In this document: positions 63,660-64,000 of the stretch, piece after piece
How positions within the stretch are numbered: position 1 is the stretch's first letter
How the letters are laid out: each line of letters starts with the position of its first letter
Source: Alphaproteobacteria bacterium
GTDB taxonomy: Bacteria > Pseudomonadota > Alphaproteobacteria > UBA828
Direction: 5' to 3'
Length of the DNA stretch: 64,000 nt
Assembly (NCBI GenBank): GCA_965214705.1
Contig: CBDCCI010000002.1
Span: 2,848,001-2,912,000 of the forward strand
Translations under genes and position numbers: made by a program
The notes under the pieces: model-generated
The model's database searches: none
Told to the model about the DNA's origin: nothing
Seen by the model: only the letters and a program-made list of their open reading frames with translations

Positions 63660-64000
<341 letters not shown>

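Overview
High-GC bacterial chromosome segment, most likely alphaproteobacterial judging by gene content and repeat families. Housekeeping and catabolic genes include pyrBCD, isovaleryl-CoA dehydrogenase, a Baeyer-Villiger monooxygenase, a liv-type ABC transporter, tRNA-Leu(TAA), hydantoinase A/B, a GS-like ligase, two 2-oxoacid/acetoin dehydrogenase E1 sets, cofC-fbiC (F420), dps and the 3' end of katG. These are interspersed with five complete IS elements (IS4, two IS1634, IS5, IS66, each with visible IRs and TSDs), AT-rich defence-like cargo genes, TA modules, a tyrosine integrase and three families of palindromic dispersed repeats. The most notable signal is a compact Mu-like phage-derived module (cI/S24, cro-like, gam, gemA, mor plus a lysis-like cassette, with no transposase or virion genes). 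The putative late promoter of its lysis cassette has the architecture CCCGGACCATGGTGCGGTGC-N20-(-10)-N6-ATG. That exact 20-mer recurs with identical spacing at two distant non-phage loci (3.3 kb and 41.5/43.7 kb, the latter split by an IS). Both copies precede mutually homologous, apparently non-coding units that end in 10-bp phased repeats. All protein assignments come from motif recognition by eye; no database searches were run.
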